This document shows, piece after piece, positions 38,992 through 51,165 of a stretch of 64,000 nt of DNA. The notes below the pieces were generated by a model that saw only the letters and a program-made list of their open reading frames with translations, searched no databases and had not been told where the DNA came from. Numbering within the stretch: position 1 is the first letter of the stretch; every line of letters starts with the position of its first letter. Where the stretch lies: contig OX597824.1 of the NCBI GenBank assembly GCA_951406725.2, positions 78,802,001-78,866,000 of the forward strand. Direction: 5' to 3'. The position numbers and the translations under genes are program-made. This DNA comes from Octopus vulgaris. Taxonomy: Eukaryota.

Positions 38992-39370
38992 TCTTTATAT
39001 ATAAAAGTAAGGTTGCGTGTCAGTCTCCTACGATTTAGATTCCTAACTACTCCCACATTTTGCGGTGCAGTTTAACCAAAACCGGGTATCTTATAGTCGT
39101 GATTCATATCGAGCTCTTCTGGGTATTAGCATGAGTCTACGATTTTAAAAAAAAAAATTTACCATAATTTAATGCATTTTTTCGCTATTATATAAGGGAA
39201 GTAACTCTCTAAAAATGTCTACGATGAGTCAACGATTTTTAAAAGATTTACCATCATTTTTTTTTTCATTTTTAATGCATTTTTTTGCTATTTTTTAGCT
39301 ATAACTCTCTAAAAATGCTTATATAGTTATTTCCCTTACAAACCCGAGCAACGCCGGGCGATACTGCTAG
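38992..39370 (+). mobile_element. Non-autonomous Helitron, copy 2
   Basis: 5' TCTTTATATATAAAAG. 3' CAAACCCGAGCAACGCCGGGCGATACTGCTAG. A|T insertion site. Internal imperfect duplication at about 39137-39315. Confidence 0.8.
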
Positions 39371-39754
39371 TGGTACATATTGGAACTACAGTGCAATATG
39401 AGATCCAAACAACTAATATATAAGACAACACAGCTGATTTCATGATTTTGTTCCCTAAGCTACACTACTTTATGGTGTGTATCTTAACATTTACTGTACA
39501 TATTTTAATATGATTTTTATATGCTTTTATTCTTATTCATTGTACAGTAACATGATTTTATGCGCTGCTAACGGTTTACTAGTGATTTTACGATTTTGAT
39601 ATTTGGGGTGGACAGACGTAAATAGAGTAAAATCGCTTAATTTGATTTATATGGCCGCGGCCTTCGGGCTAAAACATTTTTAAGGATTTATATATTATTT
39701 TTTGAAAACCGTCGTATAATCAAGAATGACTGAAGCCGAGCTATGCCTGTGTAA

Positions 39755-40858
39755 GTATGTATGTATATATATATATATACACATGTATGTATGTATATGT
39801 ATGTATGTATATATATATACACATGTATGTATGTATATGTATGTATGTATATATATATACACATGTATGTATGTATATGTATGTATGTATATATATATAC
39901 ATATGTATGTATGTATGTATGTATATATATATACACATGTATGTATGTATGTATATGTATGTATGTATGTATATATATATACACATGTATGTATGTATAT
40001 ATATATATACACATGTATGTATGTATATATATATATATACATGTATGTATGTATATATATATATACACATGTATGTATGTATATGTATGTATGTATATAT
40101 ATATACACATGTATGTATGTATATGTATGTATGTATATATATGTATGTATATATGTATGTATATATATGTATGTATGTATATATATATACACATGTATGT
40201 ATGTGTATGTATGTATATATATGTATGTATGTATGTATATATATATATGTATGTATATATATATATGTATGTATATATGTATGTATATATATATATGTAT
40301 GTATATATGTATGTATGTATATATATATATGTATGTATATATGTATATATATATGTATATATATATATATGTGTGTATATATGTGTATATATATGTATAT
40401 ATATATGTATGTATATATATATATATATATGTGTATATATGTGTATATATATATGTATATGTATGTATGTATATATGTGTATATATGTATGTATATATAT
40501 ATATGTGTATATATGTGTATATATATGTATGTATATATATGTGTATATATGTGTATATATATATGTATGTATATATATATATGTGTATATATGTGTATAT
40601 ATGTGTGTATATATATATGTATGTATATATATATATATGTGTATATGTGTGTATATATATATGTATGTATATATATATATGTGTATATATGTGTATGTAT
40701 ATATGTATGTATATATATATGTGTGTGTATATATATGTATGTATATATATATATGTGTGTATATGTGTATGTATATATGTATGTATATATATATGTGTGT
40801 GTATATATATGTATGTGTGTATATATATGTGTGTATATATATGTATGTATATATATAT

Positions 40859-40898
<40 letters not shown>

Positions 40899-41100
40899 GT
40901 TATATATATATATATATTCATGTATATATATATATATATATTCATGTATATATATATATATATTCATGTATATATATATATATATTCATGTATATATATA
41001 TATATATATTCATGTATATATATATATATATTCATGTATATATATATATATATATGCATGTATGTATATATTATGTTATATGTATGTATATGTGTATGTA
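39755..41100. repeat. About 1.35-kb compound (TA/TG/TATG) microsatellite with higher-order units
   Basis: Almost pure alternating purine-pyrimidine sequence. Unit ...ATACACATGTATGTATGTATATGTATGTATGT(AT)n at the 5' end and TTCATG(TA)n at the 3' end. Confidence 0.95.
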
Positions 41101-41965
41101 CATATTATATACTCTTTTACTTGCTTCAGTCAGTTGACTGCAGCCATGCTGGAGCACCGCCTTTAGTCAAACAACTCGACCCCGATATTCTATTGATATT
41201 TTTTGCCGAACTGCTAAGTGACGGGGATATAAACACACCATGCTAGCATTATTGTCCCCCGATGCTGGTGTGTTTACGTCCCCGTTACTTAGCGGTTCGG
41301 CAAAAGAGACCGATAGAATAAGTACTGGGCTTACAAAGAATAAGTCCCGGGGTCGATTTGCTCGGCTAAAGGCGGTGCTCCAGCATGGCCGCAGTCATAT
41401 GACTGAAACAAGTAAAAGAGAGAGTGGATCTACAAATGGAAGAAAACGTACTCTGTGCATAGCAAGATGATACACCTACACAGAGCTATATAGAAGAAAC
41501 ATTAGCGGGTCGATAAGTATGTATGTATATATTTGTGTGTGTGTATATTATGTATATACGCATACATACTTATTGACCCGCTAATGTTTCTTCTATGATG
41601 CCTTTGTTTTATTGACAGTAGAGCGGCGCCTGCTTTTAATATCCATTCACACCGACTGACATCGTTCTTTTGTCTGCATTGTGTGATGTATAAAACATCA
41701 TGTGTATGTGTGTGCGGGGGGTGTATACACCTGTACGATCTCTCCTGTCTTCCGGTTGGATCTCATACAACAATCGGTAGTCTTTTATTTACCTGTTGAC
41801 ATTATTGGAGGGAAAGGAGGTTTATTATTGTTGTTATTCAGGTTGATGGTTAGCTGAGTTGGTAGAGCTAAAATAAAATTAAAATATTTTTGAGGCTGGG
41901 GCTCAAATCTCGCCGAAGTTGACTTCAAATACCTGTGACGTACTTGGGTTGAGGGGAGTCTATAC

Positions 41966-42478
41966 GGAAAGACTTCCGCCCGTTCCCCTCCCCATTTTCT
42001 CCTTTTTTTTTTCTTTTTTTTTTTTGTCAAAAATCCCCGTTTTCGGATACGGAGGTTCCGGAAAATTGCCGAAAATCGGCATTGTGAAATCCCCCTTCTT
42101 TCCCACCAACTTCTTCAATTTTGACTTTTTCCCCCAACAGTAACCATAACCCTAAAACCCTAACCGTAACTACAGAAATGTTTTGAAATTTTTGTCCGAA
42201 TCATGATGTCCGTATTTTTCCGCATATTTAGAAAAAAAAAATTCTTAAAAAAAAATTCTACAAAGATTTTTCGAAATTTTTTTCAGAATCATAATCTCCA
42301 GATTTTTCTGCATATTTTGAGAAAAAAAATTCTGAAAAAGGTTTAAAATGAAGGAAATAAGGGTGGGGGTGGTAATTTAGAAATGTCAATTTTTGCCAAT
42401 TTTCTTGGCAACTCCCCGAAAAAAATTAATTTTTATTTAAAGGGTGGTTTTTGGGTGGGGACGGGCTGAAGTCTTGCC
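41966..42478. mobile_element. Merlin-like MITE with internal telomere-like repeats
   Basis: TIRs GGAAAGACTTCCGCCCGTTCCCCTCC and (revcomp) GGCAAGACTTCAGCCCGTCCCCACCC. 8-bp TSD GTCTATAC at 41958-41965 and 42479-42486. TAACCATAACCCTAAAACCCTAACCGTAAC at 42141-42170. Confidence 0.75.
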
Positions 42479-43806
42479 GTCTATACAATAAATAATACCT
42501 CTCCCACCAAATTTGTGGTATTGGGTCTAAGCTAAGAAATTATTAAAGTGGCCAGCAGGCAGGATCGTTAGCGCATCGAACGAAATGCTCTCCCTACCTG
42601 AAATTGCTGGCCTTGTGCCAAAAATAAAAACCATTATTAGTATCTTTATTGGTGAGAGCAATAATAGAGCTTTGCGGTGTTTTTCTTTCCAGTTCATAAG
42701 TTGTATGTTCAAATCCTGTTGAGGTTGGCATACACACACCATTGAAGTTACTCAGATCTTCTCCAAAATGTATGGCTTTGACTTTGTTTTCGTAATAACT
42801 CAAGAAAACCTCATATTTTACAATTATATTAATAGTCACACCATCCTTGGTACTTGACTGGTAATTGGTCTCATTGCTTTTGGAAAGATGAAAACTAAAG
42901 TAAGTCTCAACCTCATTTGAACACAGACACTGACCATAACTAACTAACTAGTACATGACTCTGCCAATTCTGTACCATTCCAAATAATACAGAAGAAAGG
43001 AAGGAAATTAATTTGGAGAATCAGTAGAGCATATGGCATAATGTTTTATGCTATTTGTGTTCTGGGTTCAAATCCTGTCATCTTCAACTTTCATCCATTC
43101 TGGGTTCAATAGAATAATGTCTTAATCAAGAACTGACATTGATTAAATCTCCTTTGGCCTTGTGTTGTGGCACCTTGGTGTTTGGATATCGGTGCCATGT
43201 AAAACACACAGATGCTGGTGCCACGTAAAAAGCACCCACTCTGTTGTGGATCCCTCTATCTCTCTCTCTCCCTCTCTCTAAGTTTCAGTAATTGGATTGT
43301 GTCCATGATAATTGATGGAAGCACTCCGTCGGTTCCGACAACGAGGGTTCCGGTTGATCCGATCAACGGAACAGCCTGCTCATAAAATTAATGTGTAAGT
43401 GGCTGAGCACTCTACAGACACGTGTACCCTTAACGTAGTTCTCGGGGATATTCAGCGTGACACAGAGAGTGACAAGGCCGGCCCTTTGAAATACAGGTAC
43501 AACAGAAACAGGAAGTAAGAGTGAGGGAAAGTTGTGGTGAAAGAGTACAGCAGGGATCACCACCATCCCTGCCGGAGCCACGTGGAGCTTTAGGTGTTTT
43601 CGCTCAATAAACACTCACAACGCCCGGTCTGGGAATCGAAACCACGATCCTACGACCGCGAGTCGGCTGCCCTAACCACTGGGCCATTGCGCCTCCTCCA
43701 CCACATGATACTTTGGACAAATGTCTTTTACTATGGCCTCAGGCTGATCAAAGCCTTGTGAGTGGTTTTGGTAGACAGAAATTGAAAGCAGCCCATTGTG
43801 TGTATA

Positions 43807-43841
<35 letters not shown>

Positions 43842-44220
43842 TGCATGTGTGTCTGTGTTTGTTCCTTGCCACCATCACTTGACAATTGGTGTTGGTTTCT
43901 TTGCATCCCTGTAACTTAGCAGTTCAGCAAAAGACACCAATATAGTAAGTACTGGGGTTAATTCATTCAGCTAAAACATTCTTCAAAGTGATGCCCCATC
44001 ATGGCCACAGTATAATGATTGAAAGAAGTAAAAGATATCTACATATGAGGCCAGCAATTTCAGGGAAGGAGAGCGGAAGAAATACTGCTAAGCATTTTGT
44101 CCGACACGCTAACGATCCTGCCTGCTGGCCACTTTAATAATTTCTTAGCATAGACCCAATACCACAACGGTGGAGCCCCAGCATGGCCGCAGCCTCCGGG
44201 CTGAAACATTTTTAAGGATA

Positions 44221-44411
44221 TTACTCTTTTACTTGTTTCAGTCATTTGACTGTGGCCATGCTGGAGCACCGCCTTTAGTCGAGCAAATCGACCCCGGGAC
44301 TTATTCTTTGTAAGCCCAGTACTTATTCTATCGGTCTCTTTTTGCCGAACTGCTAAGTGACGGGGACGTAAACACACCAGCATCGGTTGTCAAGCAATGC
44401 TAGGGGGACAA

Positions 44412-44446
<35 letters not shown>

Positions 44447-45437
44447 CATATATACGACAGGCTTCTTTCAGTTTCCGTCTACCAAATCCACTCACAAGGC
44501 ATTGGTCGGCCCGGGGCTATAGCAGAAGACACTTGCCCAAGATGCCACGCAGTGGGACTGAACCCGGAACCATGTGGTTGGTAAGCAAGCTACTTACCAC
44601 ACAGCCACTCCTGTGCCTCCATATGTACATTTTTTTTATTCTTTTACTTGTTTCAGTCATTTGACTGCGGCCATGCTGGAGCACTGCCTTGAAGGGCTTT
44701 TGTTGAACAAATCTACCCCAGAACTTTTTTTTAAAGTTTAGTATTTATTCTATTGGTCTCTTTTGCTGCACTGCTAAGTTACGGGAATGTAAACACGCCA
44801 ACACCAGTTGTCAAGTAGTGATAGAGGAACGGACACAGTCACAGATATATATATATATATGTATATACATATACACCTATATATAGGCGCAGGAGTGGCT
44901 GTGTGGCAAGTAGCTTGCTTACCAACCACATGACTGGTTCAATCCCACTGCTTGGCACCTTGGTCAAGTGGCTTCTACTATAGCCTCGGGCTGACCAAAG
45001 CCTTGTGAGTGGATTTGGTAGATGGAAACTGAAAGAAGCCCATCGTATATATATGTGCGTGTGTGTGTGTGTCTATTTGTCCTCCCACCATCGCTTGACA
45101 ACTGATGTTGTTGTGTTCATGTTCCCATAACTTAGCGGTTCGGCAAAAGAGACTGATAGAATAAGTACTAGGCTTACAAAGAATAAGTCCTGGGGTCGAT
45201 GCGTACGACTAAATTCGGTGCTCCAGCATGGCTGCAGTAAATTAATGAAACAAGTAAAAGAATAAAAGGATATATGACGGGCTTCCTTCAGTTTCTGTCT
45301 CCCAAATCCACTCACAAGGCTGTGGTCGGCCCATAGTTAAAGTAGAAGATACTTGCCCAAGGTGCCACACAGTGGGACTGAACCCAGTACCGTGTGGTTG
45401 GGAGGCAAGCTCCTTACCACACAGCCATTCCTGCGCC
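44221..45437. mobile_element. Cluster of nested and adjacent family A SINEs in both orientations
   Basis: - copy at 44221-44618. A second - copy (44640-44845 plus 45275-45437) is split by a + copy at 44885-45268. Confidence 0.8.
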
Positions 45438-45616
45438 TGTGCATGTATTTTTTAATATCTGTATACATGTAGGTATGCATAAATTCTTGAGGGCTTAATT
45501 AGGATTGCGTGTAGTAGAGTACAGTTGTTGTTCCCCTCATTGATTCTGATTTTCATGGGAAACATATGCGAATAATTGTCTGTGTGAGTCTCTGTGTAAA
45601 AAAAAAAAAAAAAAAA

Positions 45617-45671
<55 letters not shown>

Positions 45672-45835
45672 GGAAAACTGCAACTCATTATTTGGTGTAT
45701 AAGGTTTAGTCACTCAACTCTTGTGCCAAATTAAGAAACTTCTCTTTTCCGCCCCCATCTATTTTTCCAGCTTGTCTTTGTCTTTTGTTACTGCTTTTCA
45801 TATTGTTTGTGGGATTTTTTTTTTCTTCTCACAGT

Positions 45836-45874
<39 letters not shown>

Positions 45875-45996
45875 TGCAGGAACATACTTTTGTTTTTGTT
45901 TTTTGTTCCAAGCCTCCTTTCACATCTGACCTGTATTTCTCTTGGTTCTCAGCAAGATCATGTTACAAGCAATGTGCGAATAATGTCAAGTCATTT

Positions 45997-46435
45997 ATGT
46001 GTGTGTGTGTTATATATATATATGTATGTAGGAGTATATATGTATATACATGTTTGTATTTATATTTGTATGTATGTGTCTATATATATATATGTATTTA
46101 CATCATCATCCTTGTTTAAAGTCTGTGTATGTATATATATGAGTGTATATATGTGTGTGTATATATGTGTGTGTATATATATGTATATATGTGTGTGTGT
46201 ATATATATATGTATATCTGCGAGTGTATATATGTATACATATATATATATGTGTGTACATATATATATCTGTGTATATATATGTATGTGTGTGTATATAT
46301 GTGTGTATATATATGTGTATATATATGTGTATATATGTATATATATATCTGTGTGTGTATTTATATGTGTATATATATGTGTGTGTATTTATATGTGTAT
46401 ATATATATCTGTGTGTGTATATATGTATATATGTT

Positions 46436-46504
<69 letters not shown>

Positions 46505-46628
46505 CTGTGCATGTCTGTTTGTGTCTGTCTTTGTAATGTCTGTATATGTGTGTGTATATGTATATATATTTGTGTAGATATATATATTTGTATGTATGTA
46601 TGTGTTTGTATGTATATATATATATATA
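45997..46628. repeat. Compound (TA/TG) microsatellite
   Basis: Seen directly in the sequence. Confidence 0.95.
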
Positions 46629-47556
46629 TTTTTATTATGTTGCACTTCTTGGCTTGAACTTCATTGTGTTTGTGTGGGAGAGAAACAGAGAAATTGATGT
46701 GTCCTCTTTGAAATATCACCATTATTATTACCACTGTAAGTTTGGGTCAGAGATAGCTGGATATGTTCTTGCTATTGTCAATATCTTAACTAATGTAGGT
46801 AGGTGGGTATTTTAGCTGAATAGTTAGTCTTACTTGAAGTCAATTACTTGTGTCAATTATGTGTTACTCTGCCCTGTGAGTGGGTAGATATGGTACCTTA
46901 TCTGTTCATCACCACATAAAGGTTGTTGTGAGTGGATGAGGAACTTGCCCTGTGAACCTTCTACTATTGACAATGACTGACTCCTCTGGTGGTATGATAT
47001 GGCATTAAGGGGCTATATAATCTTGATTAATTAATCTTAAGTGTATCATTAAAAAAGAATGAGAACCCTCAAAAATGATTTTTTTAAAATGACAGTTGCA
47101 AATTAGTTATTTCTTTACTGCCCACATGGGGCTAAACACAGAAGGCACAAACAAGGACAGACATAGGTATTAAGTCGATTACATTGACCCCAGTGCGTAA
47201 CTGGTACTTAATTTATCGACCCCGAAAGGATGAAAGGCAAAGTGGACCTCGGCGGAATTTGAACCCAGAACGTAACGGCAGACGAAATACGGCTACGCAT
47301 TTCGCCCGGTGTGCTAACGTTTCTGCCAGGTCGCCGACATACAAGCAGCATCTTTCATTTTCAGTGTTCTGAAGAGAAGTTGTCTGGTTGGTTAGGCAGA
47401 AATATCAACTTGCCTGAAAACTGAGGGCAAGTAAGCAGGAAGGGCATCTGGCCATAGAAAAATCTGCCTCAGTTAATTTCATTCCACTCATGCCAGCATG
47501 GAGAAATGGATGTTAGAACTAGGGCTGTGGAGCTAGAGCTGGAGTTGGAAACAATT

Positions 47557-47945
47557 TTGGAAGCACTCCGTCGGTTCCGACGATGAGGGTTCCGGTTGAT
47601 CTGAATCAACAGACCTGCCTGCTCGTGAAATTAACGTGTAAGTGGCTGAGCACTCCACAGACACGTGCACCCTTAACATAGTTCTCGGGTATATTCAGCG
47701 TGACACAGAGAGTGACAAGGCCGGCCCCTTGAAATACAGGTACAACAGAAACAGGAAGTAAGAGTGAGAGAAAGTTGTGGTGAAAGAGTACAGCAGGGAT
47801 CACCACCATCCCCTGCCGGAGCCTCGTGGAGCTTTTAAGTGTTTTCACTCAATAAACACTCACAACGCCCGGTTTGGGAATCGAAACCGCGATCGTATGA
47901 CCGCAAGTCCGCTGCCCTAACCACTGGGCCATTGCGCCTCCACTC
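47557..47945 (-). mobile_element. SINE family D (tRNA-derived head), full length with TSD, inside a hAT-like GGAGTC-repeat remnant
   Basis: Minus-strand head GGAGGCGCAATGGCCCAGTGGTTAGGGCAGCGGAC...GGTTTCGATTCCC has clear A and B boxes. TSD TGGAAACAATT at 47546-47556 and 47946-47956. Another copy at about 43316-43697. Confidence 0.85.
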
Positions 47946-48203
47946 TGGAAACAATTAAGGAGTAGCTGGAGTCAGTCAGTAAAATAGACCACAGTCACTT
48001 AATTACATAGAGGAGTCGGAGGTGCCAATAGATGAGGAGTCTCAGTTAGAACAACAACGATGATAAATGGGAAACGTCACTCTGTTGGTTATGATGGCAA
48101 GTGTTCCAGTTGATCCTAATCTGTTTGGAGTGGAGGGCAAAGCTCGTGATCCTTAACAGGGTATCAGAGACTGGTGAGAGTGAAAACGGTATCCTCAAAA
48201 TAA

Positions 48204-48433
48204 GGCGGCGAGCTGGCAGAAACGTTAGCACGCCGGGCGAAATGCTTAACGGTATTTCGTCTGCGTTATGTTGTGAGTTCAAATTCCGCCGAGGTCGACT
48301 TTGCCTTTCATCCTTTCGGGGTCGATAAATTAAGTACCAGTTACGCACTGGGGTCGATGTAATCGACTTAATACCTATGTCTGTCCTTGTTTGTCCCCTC
48401 TGTGTTTAGCCCCTTGTGGGTAATAAAGAAATA
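48204..48433 (+). mobile_element. SINE family B (about 230 bp, tRNA-like head, Deu/Nin-like central domain), full length with TSD
   Basis: GGCGGCGAGCTGGCAGAAACGTTAGC...GAGTTCAAATTCC (B box)...GCCTTTCATCCTTTCGGGGTCGATAAATTAAGTACCAG. 16-bp TSD GGTATCCTCAAAATAA at 48188-48203 and 48434-48449. Other + copies at about 70-205, 811-1025, 3322-3500, 3515-3660 and 11770-11985. Confidence 0.9.
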
Positions 48434-50942
48434 GGTATCCTCAAAATAATAACTTGGTCCAAATGCTTACTATAGAGACATTCAAGGTGTCGAGTGGTGG
48501 TGTTAAACCAGACGACAGAATTGCGTATACCACTTAAGTACACTACACTAAGATTTGAACCCAGATTGCACAGAATTAGAACAAAGCATCCAGTCCACCA
48601 CTCTTGACTGGTGTTTTTTTTTCTTTCTTTTTTTTTGACAAGATAAAGTTGGCCTTGGTGAGATTTGAACTCAGAGCAAAGAGATTCGAAGTAAATACTA
48701 TGAGGTTCTCTGGAATATTCTCCATAATGTATGCAGTACTTAATGGTGCTTATTTCTATATTTTGTGTGTGTATTTGACCTTGGCGCAATGTACATAATG
48801 TATATGAATACCCTTTTTGGTATTTTGTGTGGATACTCTAATTAGTGCTATTTTCTGAATGTTGTTTGCCAGCCTCGTCTGGCACGTAAAAAGCATCCAC
48901 TACACTCACAGAGTGGTTGGCGTTAGGAAGGGCATCCAGCCGTAGAAGCATTGCCACATCAAACTAGGCCCGGTGCAGCCTTCTGGCTTCCCAGACCCCA
49001 GTTGAACCGTCCAACCCATGCTAGCATGGAAAGCGGACACTAAATGATGATGATGATGTATGTATTTTTGTTTGTCTTGGAAATTTAGTTTATTATTTTT
49101 GTAGTAGCCACAATGATCCAGGCGATCCAGTCTCAGCTGTTTCCACACAGTACTTCTCTCAATATTGTCTCATTTTTGCATGTCGTAATATTCAATAACC
49201 GTGTAAGAACCATTGAGGAAACCTCTATATTGTCCCTTGACTAGCTGGAAATAGCAACCAAATCTACCCTAAATTACACTTACTGTATTGAAATGCGTAT
49301 CATTAGATAATCTTTGTGTTCTGAAATTTGGTGGCTGGAGGCTGTTCAGTTATATGAACCTCAATGATTAACTGGTACTTATTTTATTAACCCAAAAGGA
49401 TGAAATCTGAAGTCAACCTCAGCAGAATGGAAACATTAATAGAGTCCTAGATACTCTAGGATCAATAAAATAACTAAAATACCATTCAAGATCCTTTCTT
49501 TAAAATGTGTCTTTGTGTCTATATTCCTGGGTCCAGAAATCCATATTAAGAACTTTGCTTTTATATTATGTTGCACCACGTTTGGTCCTTGGACAAGTGT
49601 CTTCTACCGTAGCCTAGAGTTATCCCAAATATTTTGGTAACTGGAAACCATGCCCCATAGCCCTTTAAATGGATTATTCCTGTTCTTGGGTGGTAGGCAA
49701 TCTATCCCTTACTTTAACACCACCACCACCTGCCTCTTGAGGGATTTTAGCAGAATCTACTCTTTGTTTCATGTATTTAGGCCAAGACTCTGGTTTGAAA
49801 ATTGCTTCTTTTGCTTCTATTTCTCCCTTATTCCCCAAGGAGGGCTTCCAAAAAGAAAAGCGGAAAATAACCCATAAGTACAAGTACTGTGCTCTCTTCT
49901 CCAAGTCATTAAAATATATAAACTGCTGTACTATGTCTGGATTCATTTATGTCACATCCCTAAGCAATAAACCTGTTAAATCTTACCCCTGCCCCGTCCG
50001 TCCGTGCCACATTCCACTGCCTTTTCTTTTTCCCAGTTTGTACTTAGGCCTATTTTTTTGATAAAATATGCATATTCTTTGTTGGAACATGTATGTATAA
50101 GAGAAGTGAACAAACTGTCTGAAATCCATAATTATACAACTTAATTTAGATATGAATCTCTTTCTCTCTCCTTCTCTCTATATCTCCGCCCCCGATTTTT
50201 TTTTTTTTTTTTTTTTTTCAAATTTTCTTTATCTAATCATTTATGCTTCACTTACAGCTTCAAGTTGACATCTTATCAGATATACATATATATACAGACA
50301 CTCCACCACCCACCATTTCTTTCTTAGAGATAACAAAATATAAGTCCAAAATGTATACAAAAGTTATGGAGGGCATTGCATAGTGTTCCTGTGTGAATTG
50401 GTTTATGTGTGAATGGGATTAATATTTTATGCAGCTATAAAGTACAACACAAAGTTGCTTTTTATCTTCTCCCCTCTCTCTCTCTTTTTCTTTTGTTAGC
50501 AATTGCCTGCTTAAAGATTGAATGATTTAACTGAAGAAATTGTTTAACTCCACAGGTTACGTGTGTGTGAGTCAACTACCAAGTGTAGGATCAAAAGACA
50601 TTTTAAACATGATCGACAACTAATAAAATACTATCCAATATGTTCTCTCTCTCTCTCTCTCTCTCCATTTTAGATTGTGTGTGATATAAGAAAAATTTAG
50701 CTACTATTTCTAGTAGGTAGATCAACTGTGTAAGAGGTCCTCTCACTGTCATTTGCATTGTTTCAACTGCTGCTGTCACAGTGGCACACCATGGTTTCTC
50801 CCCACCACCATTTATTTCTTTATGATTGAGGGACTTAAAATGGAATCTCTGCTAGAAACAGCAGCCTAATCTCCCTCAAAACACACAGCTAAACACACAG
50901 AGCCAGAGCCGGTTTCAGCTGGGTTGGTAATGAAAGGGTTAA

Positions 50943-51165
50943 CTCTTTCATTACCAATCCGGCTGAAACCGGCTCTGGCTCTTTAGTACAAAAGCCTTGT
51001 TTTCATAAGTTTTGAATTAAAATCTTCCACCAAAACTTTGTCACAATTTATGTTCCTAACACTAGCTTGATGATATAACTAAGTTATTTTACTAAATTCT
51101 TTGTTATATTAATGTAATTGAACGAAACACAAAGCCCCTCAAAATAAATACAGTAACGAAAGGGG
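50943..51165. mobile_element. piggyBac-like MITE (same family as 12589-13187, opposite orientation), abutting an inverted terminal fragment
   Basis: Reverse complement of the 12589-13187 body without the SINE. Shares the TTAA at 50939-50942 with an inverted end at 50899-50938. Another diverged copy at about 56799-56983. Confidence 0.7.

Noticed and set aside
39688-41246. 400-500-aa Y/I/H/T/V/C/M-rich ORFs on both strands (also at 8552-9208, 34380-34729, 38073-38634 and 45785-46734)
   Set aside because: Translations of alternating purine-pyrimidine microsatellites, which cannot contain stop codons; not genes.
47880-47945. tRNA-like sequences with A and B boxes (also the heads of SINE A, B and E)
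   Set aside because: They continue directly into SINE bodies and lack a complete cloverleaf with acceptor stem; not tRNA genes.
49650-50061. Overlapping 75-96-aa ORFs in unique sequence
   Set aside because: No recognisable motif, no convincing splice signals, and lengths expected by chance.
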